From an uncultured Anaerolineales bacterium (GTDB taxonomy: Bacteria > Chloroflexota > Anaerolineae > UBA7937): a stretch of 64,000 bases of DNA. The notes under the pieces were generated by a model that searched no databases, was not told the origin of the DNA, and worked only from the letters and a program-made list of their open reading frames with translations. Numbering within the stretch: position 1 is the stretch's first letter; each line of letters begins with the position of its first letter. A program made the position numbers and the translations under genes. Shown in pieces: positions 56,307 to 64,000 of the stretch. Where the stretch lies: positions 35,377 to 99,376 of the forward strand of contig CAYLIE010000006.1 of assembly GCA_964383935.1 (NCBI GenBank), in the 5' to 3' direction.

Positions 56307-57344
56307 CTACCCTATCTTGGTTCCGCAGTTGGGACAGAATTTGGAGCCCGCGGGGACATCAGCCTTGCAGTTGGGGCAGATCATCTCCTCCCCGATCTTG
56401 GCCCCGCACTGAGGACAGAACTTCGAGCCGGCCGGGATCTGGGCCGAGCAACTGGGACAGAGCATGGTGGGCTGAACTCCGGGCTGCATGGCCTGGGTCA
56501 TCATCCCGGCCATCATAGCCCCCATCCCCACACCAGCCCCCAGGCCCATACCCGCCTGGGCCAAGCCTCCCGCGCCCTCGGGGGCGGGGGCACCTGCCGC
56601 CTCCTCCAAGGCCCGCGCTGCCTTAAACTGGAGATAGGCCTGCATGTTGCCGATGGCTCCCATGGCCGCCCTCTCGTCGATAGCCTTGGCCGTCTCCTCC
56701 GTGGGCGAGATATTGCTCACGTAGAAGGTCTTCAGATCGATCCCCAAGGCCTCGAAGTCATCCTGGGCCTTGACCTTGGTCCCCGCCCCCAACTCATCGT
56801 ACAGACTGGGCAACTCGAAGAGGGACTTCTGCGTCTCCCCTAAGAGGTCGGTGAGGTCGGAGATCAGGATGCTGCGCAAGAAGTTGCTTATATCCGCGGT
56901 CTCATAGAGACCCTGAGTCCCCACGATCTTGGTGACGAAGAGTTGGGGCTCTTTTATCTGCATAGAATAGGTGCCAAAGGCCCGCAGCCGCACCATCCCC
57001 AAGTCAGTGTCTCGCAGAGCGATCGCTTCCGGGGTTCCCCACTTCTGATCCAGGAACTCTCGCATATTGACGAAGTAGACTTCGGCCTTGAAGGGGGTCT
57101 CGCCGCTGAACACCTTGCCGATGAGGTTCACTAGTAGCGGTATGTTGGCCGTGGCTATGGTATGTCTCCCTGGCCCGAAGGTATCCAGTGCCTTGCCATC
57201 GCGGAAGAAGACCGCTGCCTGGGCCTCCCGGACGATCACCTGGGAGCCGATGCGGAAATCCCCAGAGCCATGTTCCGGGATACGGTGGGCCATCTCCCTC
57301 CCCGAGGGGTCGAACCACTCGATTATGTCAAATATCCTGACCAT
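56307..57344 (-). CDS. SPFH/band-7 domain protein with two C-terminal CxxC...CxxC zinc ribbons
   Basis: SPFH fold blocks; LCPSCSAQIPAGSKFCPQCG and ICPNCKADVPAGSKFCPNCG. Confidence 0.7.
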   Translation of the reverse strand: MVRIFDIIEWFDPSGREMAHRIPEHGSGDFRIGSQVIVREAQAAVFFRDGKALDTFGPGRHTIATANIPLLVNLIGKVFSGETPFKAEVYFVNMREFLDQKWGTPEAIALRDTDLGMVRLRAFGTYSMQIKEPQLFVTKIVGTQGLYETADISNFLRSILISDLTDLLGETQKSLFELPSLYDELGAGTKVKAQDDFEALGIDLKTFYVSNISPTEETAKAIDERAAMGAIGNMQAYLQFKAARALEEAAGAPAPEGAGGLAQAGMGLGAGVGMGAMMAGMMTQAMQPGVQPTMLCPSCSAQIPAGSKFCPQCGAKIGEEMICPNCKADVPAGSKFCPNCGTKIG

Positions 57345-57384
57345 CTTTCTCTCCTCCCTTATCTGATTTGATGCCCTGCCCCAA

Positions 57385-57966
57385 TTAACCCTCCTCGCTG
57401 GCTGTGGTCTCCGCCAGGCCGAGTATCACATCCATCCTCCTGCTGAAGGTGGTATTGATCTCCTCCAGGACGGAGGCCAGATCCTCGCCGGCCGCGGCTA
57501 TCACCTCCGCAGCCGTGGCGGCTGCCAGACTATCCAACTTCTCGGACAACCGATCCACTCCCCCAGCGAGAGCGTAGTCATAACTATAGAGGGCATCCAA
57601 CTCCTGCTGCTTCACCTTCACCGCGTCAAAGAGACCGGCATGGCCATAAGCGGCTGTCTTAAGGCGATCGATGAGGAGTTGTAGCCTCATCATGGCCCGC
57701 TCTAAGACCACCACGGCCTTAAGTTCCCCCGCCTCGACAAGTCGAGACTGAACCCCGGTGAGCCTTCTCCGCTGTTCCTCGAAACGGCGTGCCAGGTGCA
57801 TTCGCAGGAGTTTGTCCGCTTCCCGACGCAACTCCTTCTCTTTGTACCCTTTGTAGCCGGGGATGGCCCTTGCGAGCCTCTCCAAGGCTTCCTGGGCACC
57901 GACTACCCTTTCTCTCAGATCCACATCTCCCTCCTTATAAGAATAGTTCCGCCCCACAGTATTCAC
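57385..57966 (-). CDS. Coiled-coil hypothetical protein (193 aa)
   Basis: ORF in the SPFH/DUF2207 operon; overlaps the upstream gene by 32 bp. Confidence 0.35.
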   Translation of the reverse strand: MNTVGRNYSYKEGDVDLRERVVGAQEALERLARAIPGYKGYKEKELRREADKLLRMHLARRFEEQRRRLTGVQSRLVEAGELKAVVVLERAMMRLQLLIDRLKTAAYGHAGLFDAVKVKQQELDALYSYDYALAGGVDRLSEKLDSLAAATAAEVIAAAGEDLASVLEEINTTFSRRMDVILGLAETTASEEG

Positions 57967-58453
57967 ACTTGACTATGCCTTTACCCACGAACTCCCTGGT
58001 AGCACCACAGTTGGGGCACTTGTTGGTCTCCATCTCGGCCGCTTCCTTGGCGTAGAGGACCCCTTCCTTCCAGTCGATATAGCCGGTGAAGAGCCCCTTC
58101 CCCACCAGGTCGTAGATGTAATCTTTCACCTGGTCGCGACTCACATTCAGTTCTAAAGCCACGTCGGAGACCCGCACCCTTCCTTGGGTCTGAACCATAT
58201 TTAGGACCCTCTTTTCCTTCTCCACCCCGGCGAACTCTCGGGCTTCCTCCCGGCCTCTGATGAGCATGAAGGTGCCAGCGCCCAGGGTGGGAGCCACCAG
58301 AACTATAAGCACCAGGGCCAGCCCCAGGATGAAACCCGTTATCTGCAACTGGCCACTGGCTACGTTGGAGAGAAGCCAGAGGCCTGCTACCACTCCCAGT
58401 GCTAGACCGACGAGGATAAGGATCAACCCAGAGAGCCTTCCTTGCCCGATCAC
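57935..58453 (-). CDS. Two-TM membrane protein with cytoplasmic wHTH-like segment and C-terminal zinc ribbon
   Basis: CPNCGA...CEYCG. Confidence 0.4.
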   Translation of the reverse strand: MIGQGRLSGLILILVGLALGVVAGLWLLSNVASGQLQITGFILGLALVLIVLVAPTLGAGTFMLIRGREEAREFAGVEKEKRVLNMVQTQGRVRVSDVALELNVSRDQVKDYIYDLVGKGLFTGYIDWKEGVLYAKEAAEMETNKCPNCGATREFVGKGIVKCEYCGAELFL

Positions 58454-58481
58454 GATCTCTGCCTCCTTGAGAGATTAGACT

Positions 58482-60347
58482 TTAGCCGGCACCACCTCCG
58501 CCGCCACCACCGCCACCGCCACCGCCGCCTCCACCTCCGCTCCAGCCGCCACCACCGCCCGAACTGCTAGGAGCGCTGGAGAGGGTGGAGCCAGTGGAAT
58601 TGAGAAGCGAGACCAGCCCATCGCTCATCGACTGAAGCGAGGAGGCCATACCGTCGCTCACCCCTTGCAGGGAGGGCATCCCCCGACCGGCGCCAGTCCC
58701 AACCCCTTCCCCAGTGCGACGTCCCGGCGTACCGTAGACCAGGGGGGGATAGGGCATATACCAGTCAGGAGCAGGGGCACCCGCGGCGGCGAATTTCTTC
58801 ACCCATCCTTCCTCCAGACCAAAGGCGATAGCGTAGGGGAGATATTTGTCGAAGATATCCTTGGCTTCCTTGAGGTCTGTGTACCGCTCGATCTCCTGCA
58901 AGTAACGCTTGAAGGCTCGCCATTTCGCCGCCGCCATCGACCCTTCACCGGTCTTACGAGGCATGAACCGCCCAAAGATCACCACACCCAGGAAGGCTAA
59001 CCCCAGCCCGATGAAGGGAAAGATCGCCAGGGCGGTGATGCCACTCAAAGCACCCATGATACAGAACCCCAAAACCCCGGAGAGGACCATCCCCATCACA
59101 CCCAAGCCGGTGTAGATTTTGCGCGTCCGATCCGGGCTCTGGGTGAAGAAGCCCAGTTTCACCACTTCCTCATACAACTCTCCCTGCAACTTGGGGATGA
59201 CCTTGTAGAACTTGTTCTTCAGATCGGACAACTCCTTCCTGCTGCCGTGGCCGAAAATCTTCCGAATGAGGGTGCGTTCATATCCCCTTAGATCTTTCTC
59301 CTGGCCGGTCCGCTCGAAGGTGAAATCTCGGTGAGTGCCAATGCCCAAGAAGCCTCTCTCCTCGACCTCCTGCATGCGTATTACGCCCCGCCGGGCCAGA
59401 TCCACGATGGTGGCTATGATATCTTTCATATCGGCCCGCTCATCCAGAAGGGTGCCCACCGCACCGGCGGGAAGGTCACTGGGCGGCTCGGTGAGGTAGT
59501 CGGCGGGCATCCGGATGGGGCGATCCCGCCCCCTGGTATACCAGAGGATATAGAGCCCCAGGAAAGCGGCTAGCGGTATGAAGACGCCCAGGCAAAGAGA
59601 GCCCAAGTCAGCCCAGGGACCAACTCTGGCTCTAAAATCCTCCGCTGCTTGCCAAGAGGGAGGGCTCCCCTCGATGATGCCATGAGGGAACTGCACCCTA
59701 ACCTCCAACTCCCGCCCAGGGCTTATGTCCTGGGCCACAAAGACTACCGTCCTTGAGTCGCGGACGTCGACATAAGCGTCCCAGCCATATGCGGCCACGT
59801 TCTGTACCTCTTCTACCTTCTCCGGCAGATGGACGGTCACCGTCGAGGAACGAACCATGAAATTCCGATCGCGGAAGACCGCCTTCCACCAAAGTTGATC
59901 GCCACCTTCGTAGATGCGGAGACCGCCTTGCACTATGTAACTGATGACATAGGTATGGGTAGAGTCCTGGGTATAGGGGAAATAGACCTTCACTACGTAG
60001 TCGCCATCATCGTAATAGGTCTCATAGGTATAGGGGGTCTCCCGACCAGGCACCGACTTCTGGCCATCGACCGACACCTCCGCCAGGCTTATATCCTCCA
60101 AGCGATCAGTGGGGATATTGCGATAGATGAAATGGAAACTGCCTTCCGTATAGGTGAGTTCCCAGGTCTCGGTAACCAGGATGTCGGAGTTCTCCTGCAC
60201 GGTGATATCCACGTCCAGTCGGTTCCAATAGTACTCTTTGTCCTGAGCCTGGACACCCCCTACTAGACCTAAGAACACGATAAGGATCAGCGCTATAGAG
60301 ACCTTTCTATTCATCGCTTCTCTCCTCCCACGTGGGATAAGAATCAA
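58482..60347 (-). CDS. DUF2207-family membrane protein with extracytoplasmic N-domain and C-terminal poly-Gly tail
   Basis: Topology and size; terminal run of 17 or more Gly encoded by GCC/ACC simple repeats at 58485-58560. Confidence 0.5.
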   Translation of the reverse strand: MILIPRGRREAMNRKVSIALILIVFLGLVGGVQAQDKEYYWNRLDVDITVQENSDILVTETWELTYTEGSFHFIYRNIPTDRLEDISLAEVSVDGQKSVPGRETPYTYETYYDDGDYVVKVYFPYTQDSTHTYVISYIVQGGLRIYEGGDQLWWKAVFRDRNFMVRSSTVTVHLPEKVEEVQNVAAYGWDAYVDVRDSRTVVFVAQDISPGRELEVRVQFPHGIIEGSPPSWQAAEDFRARVGPWADLGSLCLGVFIPLAAFLGLYILWYTRGRDRPIRMPADYLTEPPSDLPAGAVGTLLDERADMKDIIATIVDLARRGVIRMQEVEERGFLGIGTHRDFTFERTGQEKDLRGYERTLIRKIFGHGSRKELSDLKNKFYKVIPKLQGELYEEVVKLGFFTQSPDRTRKIYTGLGVMGMVLSGVLGFCIMGALSGITALAIFPFIGLGLAFLGVVIFGRFMPRKTGEGSMAAAKWRAFKRYLQEIERYTDLKEAKDIFDKYLPYAIAFGLEEGWVKKFAAAGAPAPDWYMPYPPLVYGTPGRRTGEGVGTGAGRGMPSLQGVSDGMASSLQSMSDGLVSLLNSTGSTLSSAPSSSGGGGGWSGGGGGGGGGGGGGGGGAG

Positions 60348-60400
60348 AAAACATTATACCCCAATTGGGGACTCAAGGGAAATAGCCAGAAAGTCTTAGC

Positions 60401-60970
60401 CTAATGGGGCTCCCGCCCTGATTCTTTGAGCGAATAGAAGCAAAGCAGAGTGCTCCCATATCTTCTACGCTCTTGGAGTCCCAAGGTTTCAAGCCTCAAC
60501 TCCTGATACTCCTTGGGATGCATCTGGGCGATAATCAACCCTTCTGGCTTCAGGACCTCCCCATGGCTGTCCAAAGCCCGCAAGGTCTCGGCCCATAGCC
60601 CTCGATACTGAGGCGGTGCTAGATATACGATATCGAAGGAGGCCAGTATCCCCTTCCGGACAAAGCGAAAGACATCCTGCCGTATGACTCGGGCTCTATC
60701 CGTCAAGCCGGTGAGAGCCAGGTTCTCCTTGATCAACCCAACCGCCTTTCGGCCCTGATCCACGAAGACGGCTCTTTCCGCACCCCGACTGAGGGCCTCT
60801 ATCCCCACGCTTCCCGTGCCCGCGAAAAGGTCAAGGAAGTGTGCTCCCTCCACCCTAGGCCCCAGGATGTCGAAAAGGGCCTCCTTCACCCGGTCGGTGA
60901 TAGGACGGGTAGTAGTGCCAGGCAGAGATTTCAGCCGTCTCCCCTTGGCTGCTCCGGCGATAACCCGCAC
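60401..60970 (-). CDS. rsmD: 16S rRNA (guanine966-N2)-methyltransferase
   Basis: MRVIAGAAKGRRL...LDLFAGTGSVGIEALSRGA. Confidence 0.8.
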   Translation of the reverse strand: MRVIAGAAKGRRLKSLPGTTTRPITDRVKEALFDILGPRVEGAHFLDLFAGTGSVGIEALSRGAERAVFVDQGRKAVGLIKENLALTGLTDRARVIRQDVFRFVRKGILASFDIVYLAPPQYRGLWAETLRALDSHGEVLKPEGLIIAQMHPKEYQELRLETLGLQERRRYGSTLLCFYSLKESGREPH

Positions 60971-63688
60971 CTACGAAAGTCCCTCCAACTTCTCCAAGAG
61001 CCTCTCTTTCTCCTCCTCAAATCTGGCCAGTTTCTCTCGCTCCCGCTCTTGCACATCTAGAGGGGCCTTGGCCCTGAAATTCTCATTGTCTAGCAGGGCC
61101 TTCGCCCTGGCGATTTCCCCATCCAGTCGCAAAATCTGTTTGCTCAGAAGCTCTCGTTTCTCCTCTCTATCTATTTCCATCTTCAAACTGGTAGAGAATG
61201 GACCGGTTACGATGGGAATGCCCTCAATGGGCTTTGCTAGCGATATCACCCAATCCTGCTCTTGCACTCCGGCTAACCTCTCGAAAGTTGCTCTCTCTCC
61301 CATAAATAACTCGTGGCTTATCACCGTGTGCGCCAGGGGCACGACTCCAGGCTCCAACCTCTCCTCCGCTTTCCAGTTGCGGATGGCCCGGATATGCTCC
61401 CAGAGGGTCTCCTGTGCTCGCTCCACCTCCTCGTCTATCGGTCCCGCTTCCGGCCAGGGAGCGATTATGAGGCTCTCCCCCTCATGGGGCAGATGTTGCC
61501 ATATCTCTTCGGTGACGAAGGGCATGAAGGGGTGCAAGAGCCGCAAAGTGCGCTCTAACACGTAGACTAGAACGTAGCGCGTCCTCTCCTTCGCCCTCTC
61601 GTCATCGCCGTAGAGGGCCACCTTACTGGCCTCGATGTACCAATCGCAATACTCCCCCCAAAGGAACTCATATATCTGACGCCCCGCCTCACCGTACTGA
61701 TACCCCTCCATGAGGCGGTTCACCTCACTTATGAGACGGTTATGCCGGCTGAGGATCCAACGATCAGTCGGGGTAAGATCCCACTTCCAGGAATCGCCTT
61801 CAGGCAATTCGTACTCCTCAGGTAGATTGCCGGTCACGAAGCGAGCGGCGTTCCATATTTTATTGGCGAAGTTGCGGCTAGCCTCCACTTGCTGCAGAGA
61901 GAGCCTCATATCGTTACCCGGAGTGCTGCCGGTCATGAGGGTGAAGCGCAAGGCGTCGGTGCCGTACTCGTCCATCACCTCCAAGGGATCGATAACGTTG
62001 CCCTTGGAGCGGCTCATCTTCTCACCACCTTCATCCCTGACCAGGCCATGCAGATAGACGATATGGAAGGGGATATCGCCCACACACTCCAACCCCATCA
62101 TGATCATCCGGGCCACCCAGAAGAAGAGGATATCATAGGCTGTCTCCATCACCGTCGTGGGGTAGAAATAGCGCAGATCCTCGGTATCATCGGGCCAGCC
62201 CAAGGTCGAGAAGGGCCATAGCGCCGAGGAGAACCAGGTGTCCAGGATATCGGGATCCTGGCGAAGGTTCGTCCCCTTGCAACTTGTACACTCGCGGGGT
62301 TCATCAGTAGAGACGATAACCTCTTGACAATCGTTGCAGTACCAGACGGGGATGCGGTGCCCCCACCAGAGTTGCCGGGAGATACACCAGTCGCGGATAT
62401 TCTCTAGCCAGTTGTAGTAGACCTTGGTGAACCGCTCAGGGATGATCTCGATCCGTCCCTTGCGCACCACATCCAAGGCCTGCTCGGCCAAGGGCTTTAT
62501 CTTGATGAACCACTGCTCGGAGATGAGGGGCTCGATCATGGTATGGCAACGCTGACATCGCCCCGGCGCATGAAGATGATCTTCGACCTTGATCAACAGC
62601 CCTTCCTTCCCCAAGTCAGCCAGCAACCGCTCCCTAGCCTCATACCGATCCAACCCGGCGTAGGGGCCTGCCTCCTCGCTCATGGTGCCATCTGGGTTCA
62701 TCGCGTTAACGATAGGTAGATCATGGCGCTGGCCGATTTCGTAGTCGTTGGGATCATGGCCTGGGGTGATCTTCACGGCTCCAGTGCCGAACTCCATATC
62801 CACCGCTCGGTCAGCGATGATGGGGATCCTGCGACCCAAGAGAGGTAAGATAGCCGTCTTACCCACTAACCGATTGTAGCGCTCATCATTGGGATTGACG
62901 GCCACCGCCGTATCCCCCAGGATCGTCTCCGGCCTGGTTGTAGCCACCTCGATATACCCGCCCTTCCCTCGTCCCTCGGGATCCCTGCGGGAGGATCCTT
63001 TACGGACGGCCAGCGGGTAGCGCACCCAGTAGAGTTTGCCTCGCTCCTCCTCGTGCTCCACCTCCAAGTCTGAGATAGCCGTCCCACAGCGAGAGCACCA
63101 ATTGACGAGATACTTGCCCCGATAGATCAAACCTTCTTCATAGAGGCGGACAAAGGCCATTCGGACCGCTCGGGAAAGGCCTTCGTCCATGGTGAAGCGT
63201 TCCCTCGTCCAGTCGCAGGAGGCCCCCAGCCGTCGGAGTTGCTGGTTTATGTAACCTCCGTGTCTCTCCTTCCAGGCCCAGCCCAACTTGACAAACCACT
63301 CCCTGCCCAGATCATGGCGAGCCAGCGGTCGACCATCCGAGGGCACCGGATACCCTATCTCCCTGAGAAGATCGTCCAGTTCTCGCTCTTCCAACCCTCT
63401 CTCAATCACATTGTGAGTAGCGATACTAGCGTGGTCGCTACCTGGCAGCCAGAGGGTAGGCTCGCCCCGCATCCGGTGCCAACGGATCATGATGTCCTGG
63501 ATGGTTATAACGAGGGCATGGCCGATATGCAGTTCCCCCGTGATATTGGAAGGAGGCATGGAGATTACAAAGGGCCTCCGCTCCCGGTCGACCTGGGGGG
63601 TCAAATAGCCCCTGCTTTCCCAAAACCTGTAGAGCCGCCCCTCAGTCGTTTTAGGATCGTAGGTCTTAGACATCTTCTGCTTAGCCAT
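60971..63688 (-). CDS. valS: Valine--tRNA ligase
   Basis: HIGH (ELHIGHAL), KMSKS, C-terminal coiled coil; 905 aa. Confidence 0.95.
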   Translation of the reverse strand: MAKQKMSKTYDPKTTEGRLYRFWESRGYLTPQVDRERRPFVISMPPSNITGELHIGHALVITIQDIMIRWHRMRGEPTLWLPGSDHASIATHNVIERGLEERELDDLLREIGYPVPSDGRPLARHDLGREWFVKLGWAWKERHGGYINQQLRRLGASCDWTRERFTMDEGLSRAVRMAFVRLYEEGLIYRGKYLVNWCSRCGTAISDLEVEHEEERGKLYWVRYPLAVRKGSSRRDPEGRGKGGYIEVATTRPETILGDTAVAVNPNDERYNRLVGKTAILPLLGRRIPIIADRAVDMEFGTGAVKITPGHDPNDYEIGQRHDLPIVNAMNPDGTMSEEAGPYAGLDRYEARERLLADLGKEGLLIKVEDHLHAPGRCQRCHTMIEPLISEQWFIKIKPLAEQALDVVRKGRIEIIPERFTKVYYNWLENIRDWCISRQLWWGHRIPVWYCNDCQEVIVSTDEPRECTSCKGTNLRQDPDILDTWFSSALWPFSTLGWPDDTEDLRYFYPTTVMETAYDILFFWVARMIMMGLECVGDIPFHIVYLHGLVRDEGGEKMSRSKGNVIDPLEVMDEYGTDALRFTLMTGSTPGNDMRLSLQQVEASRNFANKIWNAARFVTGNLPEEYELPEGDSWKWDLTPTDRWILSRHNRLISEVNRLMEGYQYGEAGRQIYEFLWGEYCDWYIEASKVALYGDDERAKERTRYVLVYVLERTLRLLHPFMPFVTEEIWQHLPHEGESLIIAPWPEAGPIDEEVERAQETLWEHIRAIRNWKAEERLEPGVVPLAHTVISHELFMGERATFERLAGVQEQDWVISLAKPIEGIPIVTGPFSTSLKMEIDREEKRELLSKQILRLDGEIARAKALLDNENFRAKAPLDVQEREREKLARFEEEKERLLEKLEGLS

Positions 63689-63703
63689 TTGAACCTCCCT
63701 TCC

Positions 63704-63873
63704 CTTCCCACAGGGATACTTTACGTACGGGACAGGTTGTGCAAGGGCATCATCGGCCCCTGGCCTGTCATCCCTTCCCCCGGGATCCCATAAGGATAAG
63801 GAAGACCCTGTCGGCCTGCCCCGGTACTTGTCAGCCCGTCCTGCCTGCCCTGGCGATGGCAGGCCAGGGGCAT
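63704..63873. repeat. Intergenic repeat copy C, between the valS T-box terminator and the valS RBS; inverted core 63704-63728; 12-bp inverted repeats gcccctggcctg/caggccaggggc at 63756 and 63860
   Basis: Core cttcccacagggatactttacgtac is the reverse complement of the A/B core with one mismatch. Confidence 0.5.
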
Positions 63874-63896
63874 CAGCGGGCCAGAGGGCAGGCTCC

Positions 63897-64000
63897 TATA
63901 AAAACCCCTTCCATCTCCAGGACGGAAGGGGCCGCGGTACCACCTCGATTCCGGCTTAAACCGGCACTCTTCGCTATAACGGGCTCACCCGAGAGAACTT
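63897..64000 (-). promoter_or_regulatory. T-box riboswitch leader of valS (3' part; specifier region probably beyond the window edge)
   Basis: Minus-strand aatcgaGGTGGTACCGCGG T-box motif (63932-63950), followed by an 11-bp terminator stem ccccttccgtc/gatggaagggg plus TTTTTATA (63897-63931). Confidence 0.6.

Noticed and set aside
1-64000. tRNA, rRNA, tmRNA, RNase P or SRP RNA genes
   Set aside because: Scanned the intergenic regions for cloverleaf T-arm (GGTTCGAATCC-type) signatures and rRNA-like conserved blocks and found none. Absence by eye is not proof.

Overview
This is a high-GC (~60%) bacterial chromosomal segment. It has a monoderm-like flavour (T-box leader on valS, SpoIID, LysM hydrolases) and may be Chloroflexota-like, but the taxon cannot be determined from sequence alone. 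It is mostly housekeeping and cell-envelope genes: ssb, ogt, murJ, rpsT, uvrC, plsC, rsmI, pgi/pmi, ugd, acpS, a murF–alr fusion, two ddl paralogs, rph, rsmD and valS. There are two ECF sigma/anti-sigma modules, a giant 8xGAF–GGDEF sensor, a membrane-anchored NB-ARC/TPR STAND NTPase, an SPFH–DUF2207 membrane cluster and a peptidoglycan-remodelling cluster. The accessory content is: (i) a complete IS200/IS605-family insertion sequence (tnpA+tnpB) inserted just upstream of murJ; (ii) a ~2.1-kb low-GC two-gene cassette (a GHKL/Bergerat-fold ATPase plus an unknown 165-aa protein) sitting between the two ddl paralogs, with the ATPase ORF broken by a perfect 16-bp tandem duplication; (iii) an HNH-nuclease gene with a repeat-containing coiled-coil N-terminus at the left edge; (iv) a family of GC-rich modular intergenic repeats (at least 5 loci sharing an ATCCCTGTGGGA-type core), one copy of which sits between the valS T-box terminator and the valS start codon. 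No rRNA, tRNA or CRISPR arrays were recognised. All calls rest on reading motifs by eye; no database searches were run.
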